Shown: one piece after another, positions 18,067 through 27,467 of the stretch | How the letters are laid out: each line of letters starts with the position of its first letter | How positions within the stretch are numbered: position 1 is the first letter of the stretch | Assembly: GCA_049903315.1 (NCBI GenBank) | Contig: JBNGBT010000003.1 | Coordinates: 96,001 to 160,000 of the forward strand | From: Candidatus Cloacimonadota bacterium | GTDB lineage: Bacteria > Cloacimonadota > Cloacimonadia > JGIOTU-2 | Direction of reading: 5' to 3' | DNA length: 64,000 bases | Made by a program: the position numbers and the translations under genes | The notes under the pieces: model-generated | What the model saw: the letters and a program-made list of their open reading frames with translations, nothing else | The model's database searches: none | What the model was told of the DNA's origin: nothing

Positions 18067-20139
18067 ATGCAAAAAATTACCATTTCTTTATTTATGCTGC
18101 TTCTTATCTTTGCAGCAAGCGCCGGCGCAACTGATTTTATGAAAGCCGGTGAAAACCAACCTCAGTCTGTCCAAAATTATGACATTTCAAAAATGAAAAT
18201 GTATCAGGGACAGATGAGAGACAATACCCCTGTGCCCGATTACAACATGGTCGTCAATCCTTTTAGCATTATGACTTCCTATTATGATTACATGCCGGGA
18301 AGTTATGTCAGCTATCCTATCCGACCGCAGAGCGATTATGGCGGCGGCACCTACATGACGTTTTTCGGCACGGCATCGACCACTACAAACCGCCGTCAGT
18401 ACTGGGCATATGCAGATGCTGCCGGAAACGTCGGTGGAAACTGGGCAACCATCAGCACCTATGATTACTGGCAGGGCTATGGCAGCATGGCAGTTCATCC
18501 TGCCACCGGCAACCCCTTTGCTTCGTGGCACGAGGATTTCGGTGCAGATCCAAAACTTCCCTTTAACTATGATGACTACCACCTGCTCTCGATTCCCGGA
18601 TTCTGGGCTACACCTATCGTGTTTCTCAACACCCCGCCAAATCAATATTGCTGGCCCTATATTCATGTGGGAGCTTCTCCGGACGGAGCCAACTATTTAA
18701 GGATCTATCATTTGTCCAACAATAATAACACTGATTCTTTTGGAAATTTCTGTGAAGATGTGCGCATTCTCTATACTGATATTGAGAATTCTGAGTGGGT
18801 AGATTTTTCTACCATCATGAATACTGCCAATTGGGATGAAGTCACTGTGTTCACAGACTGGCGCGCAAAATCCTGCCGACCTTTCCAATCCTTTGCTGTT
18901 GATCCCAATTTAGACGGACATGTCGCATTCATCGGATGTGCAGCTTGGCTGGAAGGTGACCTTGGAGATATGCCAGTAGAACAAGGAGCATTCATGTGGG
19001 AATCCTTTGATTACGGAGAGACCTGGGATTATGCAAACTTGCACTCAGATGGTCCGACCGATTACTTCTACACAGTTGCAAATCTTCCTCAGTTTGAGGA
19101 TAATAACCTGCAAATTCTGCCGGAGCTTCAAGTCGGAGCGTTTGGCTATCACAGCACCGCAACCTTTGATAATTATGGATTGCATTTTCCCTATATTCAA
19201 TATTATGGATTTGATGACGCAGGTACTTATTACTTCAACCACTTTCTTCCCTCTGCAGAATTAGTATGGAATGGCACTGATTTTGAATATCATAATGTGC
19301 CAGGTTTCCCATGGATGGATACCGGGACCTCGGGTCATGATGTACCATGGGGTGTCGAAGGTGATGATACACTCTATGTGTACAGCGTGGCGTATTCAAA
19401 ATATGAACCTGCCGGAGGAGCAGCCCTCTTTCATGAAAGTACTCAAAAACAAGCAGTAAATGTTGAGAATAACTGGATGCTCCAGATGTGGGTGGACGGA
19501 ACATATGTACAGCTTGCTGAAGATGGCGATCCTGCATATGCTGCCTATGCACAGCATCCATTGATCTATATTTCGGTCTCCAGCAATAATGGTCAAACCT
19601 GGTCTGAACCTCTTGAATTTACTGATATTTACAATCCTAATTTCAACTTCTCCGACCAGATCACGGTCTATCCCTACATCTCCCAGAACATTAAAGATAT
19701 TGGTGATGATTGGGGTGAGATCATGTATTACTATTTCAATGATAATTCCTTTGGCTCTTTTGTTCAGGGACAGGGAGCACAAACCGGCGGTGAGATCACT
19801 CAGGGTGTTCTTCAGATAAAATTTCCTGAAGTGGGTGTCGATGACGAACCAATTCCCAATATGATACTATCCAGGAATACGCCAAATCCTTTCTGGAACT
19901 CAACGAAGATATCCTTCACGAGCAAGAAGGTATTGAACGAAGGAACTAACGTCGCGATTTACAATGCTAAAGGTCAACTCGTCCGCACTTTGCCATTAAC
20001 TCTTGAGACTCCTCAAAATGGTTATACAGATTGGGACGGCAAAGATGATGAGGGTCACAATGTTACAAATGGGATTTACTTCTATAAACTGCAAGGATCT
20101 GTTGATTCACCGGCTGGTAAAATGCTCTTAACCCGATAA
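18067..20139 (+). CDS. Secreted Asp-box (BNR-like) beta-propeller protein with FlgD-Ig/T9SS-like C-terminal domain, paralog 1
   Basis: GAGGAGG RBS; signal peptide; SFDYGETW, SSNNGQTW; NTPNPF...IYNAKGQLVR...WDGKD...GIYFYKL. Confidence 0.78.
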   Translation: MQKITISLFMLLLIFAASAGATDFMKAGENQPQSVQNYDISKMKMYQGQMRDNTPVPDYNMVVNPFSIMTSYYDYMPGSYVSYPIRPQSDYGGGTYMTFFGTASTTTNRRQYWAYADAAGNVGGNWATISTYDYWQGYGSMAVHPATGNPFASWHEDFGADPKLPFNYDDYHLLSIPGFWATPIVFLNTPPNQYCWPYIHVGASPDGANYLRIYHLSNNNNTDSFGNFCEDVRILYTDIENSEWVDFSTIMNTANWDEVTVFTDWRAKSCRPFQSFAVDPNLDGHVAFIGCAAWLEGDLGDMPVEQGAFMWESFDYGETWDYANLHSDGPTDYFYTVANLPQFEDNNLQILPELQVGAFGYHSTATFDNYGLHFPYIQYYGFDDAGTYYFNHFLPSAELVWNGTDFEYHNVPGFPWMDTGTSGHDVPWGVEGDDTLYVYSVAYSKYEPAGGAALFHESTQKQAVNVENNWMLQMWVDGTYVQLAEDGDPAYAAYAQHPLIYISVSSNNGQTWSEPLEFTDIYNPNFNFSDQITVYPYISQNIKDIGDDWGEIMYYYFNDNSFGSFVQGQGAQTGGEITQGVLQIKFPEVGVDDEPIPNMILSRNTPNPFWNSTKISFTSKKVLNEGTNVAIYNAKGQLVRTLPLTLETPQNGYTDWDGKDDEGHNVTNGIYFYKLQGSVDSPAGKMLLTR

Positions 20140-20160
20140 ACTTCAATAATAATTAAGTAC

Positions 20161-20193
20161 AAAGTCCGTGTCTTTTGATGCGGACTTTTTTTA
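20161..20193 (+). terminator. Rho-independent terminator
   Basis: AAAGTCCGTGTC-TTTT-GATGCGGACTTT followed by a T run. Confidence 0.8.
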
Positions 20194-20270
20194 TTGACAA
20201 AAATTTTGAAATAATACCTAATGCGTATGCACAAATATGTTTTGGGAATATATTTCTCAAAGGAGGAACA

Positions 20271-22250
20271 ATGAAAAGTGTGATTTTTATGCTGGTTGTG
20301 ATCTTATTTGTAAGTTCGCAGCAATTAATAGCTGAGAATAATCCTGTTCCTGAATACGACTTCCTTACCTACCCTACCACAATAATGACTTCTTATTATG
20401 ACTATTTACCCGGCGGCTTGAATACATACCCAATAGCACATCAAACAGATCTTGGAGATGGAACGTATTTGATTTTTATGGCACAAGATGAGTCCTCATC
20501 AAATCGTAGGGTTTATGATGCATATTTGAACTCTGATGGTACTGTATCCTATTATGGCCCCATTACCTGGCAAGACCGCTCGCAAGGTTATGGTGATATC
20601 GAAGTTCATCCAGCCACAGGTGATGGCGTTGCAACATGGCATGAATTTTTAACAACAGAGTATGCATGTGCAATTGCATTGTATGATTATGGATTGACTT
20701 ATCCACCGTGGGGTTGGATGATAGGATATATACATTCAATCCCTCCCGACGAATATCTTTGGCCCCAGATCCATAAAGGACCGTCACCGCTTGGAGATGA
20801 TTGGATAAGATTTTACCATGTATCATATAATGGTGCATCCGATCCTTTTGATCATCCATGTGAAGACATGCGCATTCTCTATATTGATATAGAAAATACA
20901 CCCACTGCTGATTTGACCCCAATTCTTATTGAGAGCAATTGGACTGCAGTATATCCTCTATATAGCTGGCGTGACGTATCTTGTCGTCCCAGCGCTTCAT
21001 TTGCAATAGATTATATGAATCCCGGACATGTAGCAATTATCGGGCTGGCTTCCTGGTTGGAAGGTGATCTTGGGAACATGCCGGTCGAGGAAGGCGCATT
21101 TGTGTGGGAGTCATTCGATTATGGTGCTACCTGGGATACTTCAAACCTACATGACGATGGTCCCGGATCAGCATTTTACGACGTTGATAATCTACCCCAG
21201 TTCGAGCTGCCCGGTGGAGATATTCCTGATAAACTCTACACACGAGCCGGAGGATATAAGAGCACTGCGGTCATAGATAATGAAGGAAATGTTCATTTTC
21301 CATATTTGCAGGAATATACTATGGAAGATGTGGATGGATACTACTATTTCCAGACAGAATTTCTCCCACAGGCAGAATTTGTATGGGATGGCGATGATTT
21401 TATTTTCAGAAATGTACCTGCTTTTCCGTGGATGGACAATGGCGGATCAGGACATGATGTACCCTGGGGGATCGATCCGGCAACGGGAGATACTCTTTTT
21501 CAATATGCTCAAGCACTCTATTATTATGACGATCTTAGCCCATGGAGTAGTGTACAGGCACAATCCTTTTCTGTGGACAACGAGTGGATGATACAGTTAT
21601 GGACTGATTGTACATACATGTATTATGCTATAATTGGAGAGCCTGGTTATTATGAATATGGTATCCATCCCCTTATTGCAATTTCTGCATCTAAGGATAA
21701 TGGGGAGACCTGGTCGGAACCGCTCTATCTTACTGATATATATAATCCGAATTATAACTTTGCAGACCAGATCACCGTGTATCCTTATACTCAAAAGATC
21801 ATCGAGGATGTGGATGGCAGTGATGGGAAATTTGTCATTATGTATATGGATGATAATGATTTCGGTTCATACATCCTTGGACAGGGACCTAATACCGGAG
21901 GTCAGATCAACGAATTAATTATTCAAATGGATTTCAGTTTTCTCGATGCAGGTGAGGAACCTGTTCCCGATATTGTTTTTTCGCAAAATCAACCAAATCC
22001 TTTCCGGCACACAACGAAGATTTCTTTCAGTAGCAAGAAGGCATTGAAAGAAGGAACTGAAGTAGCAATTTACAATGCAAAAGGGCAGCTTGTCCGCGCG
22101 TTGCTCTTAACTCTTGAAACTCCTCAAAACGGCTATGCAGATTGGGACGGGAAAGATGCCGAAGGTTATCAAGTTGCGAGTGGGATATATTTCTATAAAC
22201 TGCAAGGATCAGTTGACTCACCTGCAGGAAAGATGCTTTTAGCTCGATAA
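20271..22250 (+). CDS. Secreted Asp-box beta-propeller protein with FlgD-Ig/T9SS-like C-terminal domain, paralog 2
   Basis: AGGAGG RBS before ATG 20271; shares MTSYYDY, HPATG, WLEGDLG.MPVE.GAF.WESFDYG.TWD, DQITVYPY and a near-identical C-terminus with paralog 1. Confidence 0.78.
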   Translation: MKSVIFMLVVILFVSSQQLIAENNPVPEYDFLTYPTTIMTSYYDYLPGGLNTYPIAHQTDLGDGTYLIFMAQDESSSNRRVYDAYLNSDGTVSYYGPITWQDRSQGYGDIEVHPATGDGVATWHEFLTTEYACAIALYDYGLTYPPWGWMIGYIHSIPPDEYLWPQIHKGPSPLGDDWIRFYHVSYNGASDPFDHPCEDMRILYIDIENTPTADLTPILIESNWTAVYPLYSWRDVSCRPSASFAIDYMNPGHVAIIGLASWLEGDLGNMPVEEGAFVWESFDYGATWDTSNLHDDGPGSAFYDVDNLPQFELPGGDIPDKLYTRAGGYKSTAVIDNEGNVHFPYLQEYTMEDVDGYYYFQTEFLPQAEFVWDGDDFIFRNVPAFPWMDNGGSGHDVPWGIDPATGDTLFQYAQALYYYDDLSPWSSVQAQSFSVDNEWMIQLWTDCTYMYYAIIGEPGYYEYGIHPLIAISASKDNGETWSEPLYLTDIYNPNYNFADQITVYPYTQKIIEDVDGSDGKFVIMYMDDNDFGSYILGQGPNTGGQINELIIQMDFSFLDAGEEPVPDIVFSQNQPNPFRHTTKISFSSKKALKEGTEVAIYNAKGQLVRALLLTLETPQNGYADWDGKDAEGYQVASGIYFYKLQGSVDSPAGKMLLAR

Positions 22251-22270
22251 ACTTCTCCTAATTCGATTCG

Positions 22271-22302
22271 AAAGTCCGTGTCTTTTGATGCGGACTTTTT
22301 TT
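22271..22302 (+). terminator. Rho-independent terminator, identical to the one at 20161
   Basis: AAAGTCCGTGTCTTTTGATGCGGACTTTTTTT. Confidence 0.8.
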
Positions 22303-22358
22303 ATGAGTCGTTTTAAGGAGCTGGCATCCTGACTATATCATATGATGATTGCAATAGC

Positions 22359-22417
22359 TAAATCCAAAATAATAGTTGACGTAAATTTTTCAGCTTCATT
22401 TTTGTAAAACCAAATTA
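22359..22417 (+). repeat. Direct repeat copy 1 (promoter-like, TTGACG)
   Basis: Matches 23622-23681 with one substitution and one T indel. Confidence 0.9.
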
Positions 22418-22492
22418 GTGAAAAAATATGTAAGTGTTAATGAAAAACGGATAGAAGATCGAGATTTTGTAGAGTGCGAAAGAGGTGTCTGT

Positions 22493-23524
22493 ATGGCTTC
22501 CATTGGTGCAATAATTAAAAAATATCAGTTGATATCCTATTTTATTCTAACTTATATTATTACATGGATTATTTTTTTCATACCATTATTCATTACAATC
22601 GCGGACTGGCCAACCAAGATTCTTGTAATGGCAATAGGTGGAACCGGACCTGCATTTGCTGCAATAATCCTATCACATATTTTAAAGCCCAGCAAAATTA
22701 AGACAAACACAAAAAAATATCTGACTGTTCTCATTATTGCAACGCTGATAACTGCTGCTCTGATAGTAAATTACCTACAGATTTCGACCTCAGCATCCTT
22801 CCTGCTCCTGCTCCTTGTATTCGTAAATGCAGTTATCGCAGCTTTTATAATAAGCGGCGGTTTATCTCCCCGTAAGGGGATTAAGGAATTGCTGAGTAAA
22901 CTCTACATCTGGAAAGTCAGCTGGAAATATTATGTGATGGCACTCGTCTTCATTCCAGCCCTGACATTTATCACCGCAATTTACTGCACCATGAATGCTG
23001 GAATTTCCCTACGTGAAATTTCACCCCATTTATCATTGAGTGTTGTATTTTCGGTAATCATCACATGTGGATATGTAACTCTCGTCAGGGGGCCATTAAG
23101 GGAAGAAATAGGATGGAGAGGTTTTGCACTTCCACGACTACAGTATCGATATTCCCCGCTTTTTGCATCACTTATCCTGGGAATTATATGGACTGTCTGG
23201 CACCTGCCACTGCATTTAAGCGGAATTTACGGTGGTGGAATTGGGGGATTCATTGAGAGATTCTACTATAATATCGGAATTACATTCCTCATTACCTGGA
23301 TCTATAATCATTCAAAAGGGAGTCTCCTGTTGACTACTTTCTTTCATACATCTTTCAATTCTACCGCCACGGTGATATCTCTTCCCGCAGGAATAGACGG
23401 ATCACTTTTCATGCTGATCTACGGTGGTCTGATCAATATTGCAGCCATAGTTGTTATCTTCACTGACAGGATGTGGATAAAACTCCCCAAAGACCACAAG
23501 GCTGTGTACAAATATTATGACTAA
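22493..23524 (+). CDS. CPBP family (CAAX/Abi) intramembrane glutamic endopeptidase
   Basis: REEIGWRG, WTVWHLPLH, FFHTSFN; multiple TM helices. Confidence 0.9.
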   Translation: MASIGAIIKKYQLISYFILTYIITWIIFFIPLFITIADWPTKILVMAIGGTGPAFAAIILSHILKPSKIKTNTKKYLTVLIIATLITAALIVNYLQISTSASFLLLLLVFVNAVIAAFIISGGLSPRKGIKELLSKLYIWKVSWKYYVMALVFIPALTFITAIYCTMNAGISLREISPHLSLSVVFSVIITCGYVTLVRGPLREEIGWRGFALPRLQYRYSPLFASLILGIIWTVWHLPLHLSGIYGGGIGGFIERFYYNIGITFLITWIYNHSKGSLLLTTFFHTSFNSTATVISLPAGIDGSLFMLIYGGLINIAAIVVIFTDRMWIKLPKDHKAVYKYYD

Positions 23525-23621
23525 CTGGAAATAAGTATATTTCCTCTTTTATATTCAAAAAATACCTTCAAATTATTTTCTGTAACTTTCCTGGACTCGT
23601 TTTGATTTATATAGAGGACTG

Positions 23622-23681
23622 TAAATCCGAAATAATAGTTGACGTAAATTTTTCAGCTTCATTTTTTGTAAAACCAAATTA
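23622..23681 (+). repeat. Direct repeat copy 2 (promoter-like, upstream of the TPM gene)
   Basis: See 22359-22417. Confidence 0.9.
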
Positions 23682-23703
23682 TTAAAAAAGTATGTACGTT
23701 TAA

Positions 23704-24453
23704 ATGAAAAAAAGAATAATAGTTCTCGTTGGGTTACTGCTTCTCATACCCCTCCTGCTTTCTGCGAAAGTCACGTATCCCAAACCTACGCAATGGGTGA
23801 ATGATTTTGCAGGTGTACTTTCCAGCAGCACAGTCAGCCAACTGAATAGACTTGCGCTCGAGATCAAACAGAAGACTGGTTTCGAACTTGCTGTGGCGGT
23901 TGTCAAAGATATGCAGGGAGAAGACTATTACACCTACGCAAATAAATTGTATGCGACATGGGGAGTAGGAACCAAAGATGATGAGGGCTGCCTTATACTT
24001 ATCGCAGTTGATGAACGAAAACTGAAGATCGAAGTCGGCTATGGAGCAGAGGGCTTCATCACAGATGGGCTTGCTGGTGAGATCGCAGATACCTACATGG
24101 TCCCATATCTCAAAAATAACAACTGGGATGAGGGATTGATTCAAGGTTACCTTGCACTTGCTTCTGTCGTTGGCAGGAATTATGGAGTGCAGTTCGACGG
24201 CGTTCCTGAAGAAGTATATCAAATTGATGAGAAACCAGATGCCAGAAGTATTATTAAATTCATTATTGGATTTATTATCTTCTTGCTGATCTTCGGTGGT
24301 CGCATGGGATTTTTTCCATTCCTTTTCCTTGGTGGAATGGGGGGGGGGAGAAGCTCAGGTGGAAGTTGGAGCAGTGGTAGTGGAGGATTTGGCGGTTTTG
24401 GTGGCTTCGGCGGAGGCATGAGTGGAGGCGGAGGAGTAGGTCGAGGTTTCTAA
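23704..24453 (+). CDS. TPM-domain (YgcG-like) protein
   Basis: VNDFAGVL, IEVGYGAEGFITD, TM helix, Gly-rich tail ending GGGMSGGGGVGRGF. Confidence 0.88.
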   Translation: MKKRIIVLVGLLLLIPLLLSAKVTYPKPTQWVNDFAGVLSSSTVSQLNRLALEIKQKTGFELAVAVVKDMQGEDYYTYANKLYATWGVGTKDDEGCLILIAVDERKLKIEVGYGAEGFITDGLAGEIADTYMVPYLKNNNWDEGLIQGYLALASVVGRNYGVQFDGVPEEVYQIDEKPDARSIIKFIIGFIIFLLIFGGRMGFFPFLFLGGMGGGRSSGGSWSSGSGGFGGFGGFGGGMSGGGGVGRGF

Positions 24454-25025
24454 TGCCGTGGTATTTGATCATTATAATTTTTATACTTAATATTCTCTGG
24501 GGAATCGGATTTTTCTATTTTCTTCTCCTTATTTTCTTTCATCCGAGAAAGAAGCTGAAACTTTTTGGTAAAGAACTGCCTATTGTTGGAATTCTCATAT
24601 TCTTACGGAATAAGGTCGCCGGGATCATCAAAGAGAAATATGAAACATTCATAGAACGCTTCCCGGGTGGTGCGGTAAATGTGAAAAAAGAGGAGTTCAT
24701 TCGGAGCATTTACGAAAAGATCCAGCAATGGACAGAAGAGAAGTTGTCGGTGCAGAACCTTCCACCCTTCATCCAAAAACCGCTTCTCTCCTTTGTACAG
24801 GTTGTTTCAGACCATTTTTTAAAAGAACTATTCAGGAATTTTATTCCCAATCTTGCAGAAAAATATCAGATCAAAGAAAAAATATTCAATTTGTTGTCAG
24901 ATGAAAATATGAAATTTATTGAAGATAAAGCAAAATATTATCTCACGAAACCATTGGTGATCATAGGGGCTCTTTTCGGATTGCTCTTTGGTTTTTTAAA
25001 CCTAATTTTGCTGATTATCTTCTAA
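24453..25025 (+). CDS. Hypothetical membrane protein
   Basis: Hydrophobic N- and C-terminal helices; start overlaps the upstream stop (TAATG). Confidence 0.65.
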   Translation: MPWYLIIIIFILNILWGIGFFYFLLLIFFHPRKKLKLFGKELPIVGILIFLRNKVAGIIKEKYETFIERFPGGAVNVKKEEFIRSIYEKIQQWTEEKLSVQNLPPFIQKPLLSFVQVVSDHFLKELFRNFIPNLAEKYQIKEKIFNLLSDENMKFIEDKAKYYLTKPLVIIGALFGLLFGFLNLILLIIF

Positions 25026-25048
25026 ATGAAATAAAGAGAGAGGTCTCC

Positions 25049-26290
25049 ATGAAAAAAATATTCCTTATTGCACTTATACTATTATGTGCAGGCATGTCTT
25101 ATGCTGAAACCTTTAACATTGATAAGGTAATTCAGCTCGGTCTGGAAAATTCTTACGATATCACAAACCAGATCTACACACTGAAGAAATCAAAGCAAAG
25201 TCTCTACTCATCGTTTCTTGACGTCTTACCCAATGCATACTACTCGATTTCAAATACAGAAACTGCCAACTCAACTTCAAAATCCGGAAGTATCAGTATT
25301 ACTGAAACTGTGTACAGCGATGATTACCGTTATTTCAATATCACGGGTAATCTTTCGTCTCTGAGAAAAAGTAAGATCGATCTTGAGATCACAAGAAAAA
25401 ATCTCATCTATAATATCATCTCATCCTATCTGGATGTGCTTCTCAAGGAAAAACTATATGATGTTTCTAAAATGGCGCTGAAAATCGCAAAGATGAATTA
25501 TGATGAGACAAAAACTCTGCGAACGTACGGCAAAGTTTCCGAACTCGATATGCAGCAGGCAGAAATTGATCTTTCAAGTGCTCAGATCGATTCATTGAAA
25601 TCCGAATATAATTACGAGAACAGTAAGATGGATCTGTGCTTTCTATTGAGCATTGATTATGATGAAAACGACACATTTGCAGAGCTTGATTATGCGTTTA
25701 CTGAAAACCAGACATTCAATCTTGAAATTGATAAAAATCTTACGGTTAATTCATATAAAGAAAGCTTGAAGCAGTCTAAGCTGAATTATGTTCAGAATTG
25801 GTTGGAGTTCATTCCTACACTGAGTTTTTCTGTGAATAAAACACTGCCCTGGGAAAAGAGCGGCCTTTTTGATTTTGATTCGAAAAGTTCTCCTATTCAG
25901 TATACACTTGCACTCTCTTATCCTCTGCTTAATCCATTGACAAATCTACCCACAAACAAATCATCACACTATAGTTATAAGCAGGCAAAACTTTTGTATG
26001 AGCACAAAAAGAAGGGAGAACAGCAGGATTTTATGCAGGCAGTAAAGAATTTCAACCAGCTTCAAAAGAGCTATGAACTTGCTAAAAAGCAGGAAAATCT
26101 TTCCGAGATGCATTTCAATCTTGTAAATGAAAAGTACCGACTCGGGCAAGCAGACCTGACCGAGTTGGAAAACGCCCGACAGGAAAGATTTAAAAGTATG
26201 AGTTCTACGATAAGCCATTATTATTCTCTCATTATGGCTCAGGAAAATATTCATCTTATTACAAACGAAAAATTGTTAAATAGATATTAA
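25049..26290 (+). CDS. TolC-family outer-membrane efflux protein
   Basis: Signal peptide; repeated helical OEP-like segments (YGKVSELD, YRLGQADLTEL); next to an MFP gene. Confidence 0.75.
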   Translation: MKKIFLIALILLCAGMSYAETFNIDKVIQLGLENSYDITNQIYTLKKSKQSLYSSFLDVLPNAYYSISNTETANSTSKSGSISITETVYSDDYRYFNITGNLSSLRKSKIDLEITRKNLIYNIISSYLDVLLKEKLYDVSKMALKIAKMNYDETKTLRTYGKVSELDMQQAEIDLSSAQIDSLKSEYNYENSKMDLCFLLSIDYDENDTFAELDYAFTENQTFNLEIDKNLTVNSYKESLKQSKLNYVQNWLEFIPTLSFSVNKTLPWEKSGLFDFDSKSSPIQYTLALSYPLLNPLTNLPTNKSSHYSYKQAKLLYEHKKKGEQQDFMQAVKNFNQLQKSYELAKKQENLSEMHFNLVNEKYRLGQADLTELENARQERFKSMSSTISHYYSLIMAQENIHLITNEKLLNRY

Positions 26291-26301
26291 GGCAGGTAAG
26301 T

Positions 26302-27432
26302 ATGAAAAAATTTGTATGGATCATAATCATTGTTGTCATCATTGTAGTAGTAGTTGTATCTGTGACAGGTAAAAAGAAGACAACTCAGCAGGAAGGCGGC
26401 AAAAAAACGCCAACTGCAGTTGCTAAGATAGATGATATCTCAATTGTGCTTGATGAAGTGGGAGAGATTAGACCGGTTAAGGAAGTCAATGTAAAATCAA
26501 AACTGAGTGGACGCATCAGTAAAATGTTCGTGGAAGAGGGTGAGAATATAAAAGTGGGTGATATCATCGCAGAAATAGAACCCGATATGGCTCAGGCACA
26601 GACCCTTTCACGCATTAAAAGCACTCTCAAAACAACTGAGATCAATCTAGAGAATGCCCAGAAAGATTATGATTCCAGCAAAGAGCTTTACAATAAAAGT
26701 CTTATCTCCGATGAAGAGTGGCGTGATGCACAGAATGCACTTAAGCTTTCGCAGATCAGCTATGATTCTGCACTGGAACAATATAAACTCGTTGAAGAGA
26801 TCGGGATAACAGAAACCAACATGAAAGTCACCGCCCCTGTTTCAGGAATGATAATTCATAAGGATGTAGAAGAAGGTGAGATGGTCGTTTCCAGCGAGTC
26901 TTATTCCGGCGGGACAGTGCTCATAACCATTGCAGATCTTTCTCAAATGATCATTCTCACGGATATCAATGAAGTGGATATTGGCAAGATCTCTCTTGGA
27001 AGAGAGGCAAAGATCACTATCGATGCTTTTCCGGATAAGAAATTTAATGGTGAGATCATACATATATCACCAATGGCAGCGATTGGGAATAATAATATTC
27101 GGACATTTGAAGTGAAGGTTTCTATCGAAGATAATTTGAAAGAACTTCGTCCGGGTATGAGTGCAAACGTCACCATTATCGGTAAAACAAGAAAACAAGT
27201 TGTGACAATCCCCATACAGGCAATATTCCAGGATGAGAACGGCAATGATGTTGTCTATATAGTAAAATCAGACACACTTATCTCATCTGCTATTGTAAAA
27301 ACCGGCATCAATGATCTACAGAAAGTAGAAATTCTTGAAGGTATTGCTGAAGGTGATACAATCTCTTTAGTAGAAAAGTATGATCCAAGCCAGAATAGTG
27401 CAAACACGAGACGAAGATTTGGAATTCATTAA
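26302..27432 (+). CDS. Efflux periplasmic adaptor (MacA-like MFP)
   Basis: N-terminal TM; VKSKLSGRI...VEEG...VKVGD, APVSG, EVDIGKI, LRPGMSA. Confidence 0.88.
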   Translation: MKKFVWIIIIVVIIVVVVVSVTGKKKTTQQEGGKKTPTAVAKIDDISIVLDEVGEIRPVKEVNVKSKLSGRISKMFVEEGENIKVGDIIAEIEPDMAQAQTLSRIKSTLKTTEINLENAQKDYDSSKELYNKSLISDEEWRDAQNALKLSQISYDSALEQYKLVEEIGITETNMKVTAPVSGMIIHKDVEEGEMVVSSESYSGGTVLITIADLSQMIILTDINEVDIGKISLGREAKITIDAFPDKKFNGEIIHISPMAAIGNNNIRTFEVKVSIEDNLKELRPGMSANVTIIGKTRKQVVTIPIQAIFQDENGNDVVYIVKSDTLISSAIVKTGINDLQKVEILEGIAEGDTISLVEKYDPSQNSANTRRRFGIH

Positions 27433-27467
27433 TAATTCACACATATAAATGTAGAGGAAAAAAACTG

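Noticed and set aside
24330..24450. GGN-rich low-complexity tract
   Set aside because: It is the normal Gly-rich tail of TPM-domain proteins.
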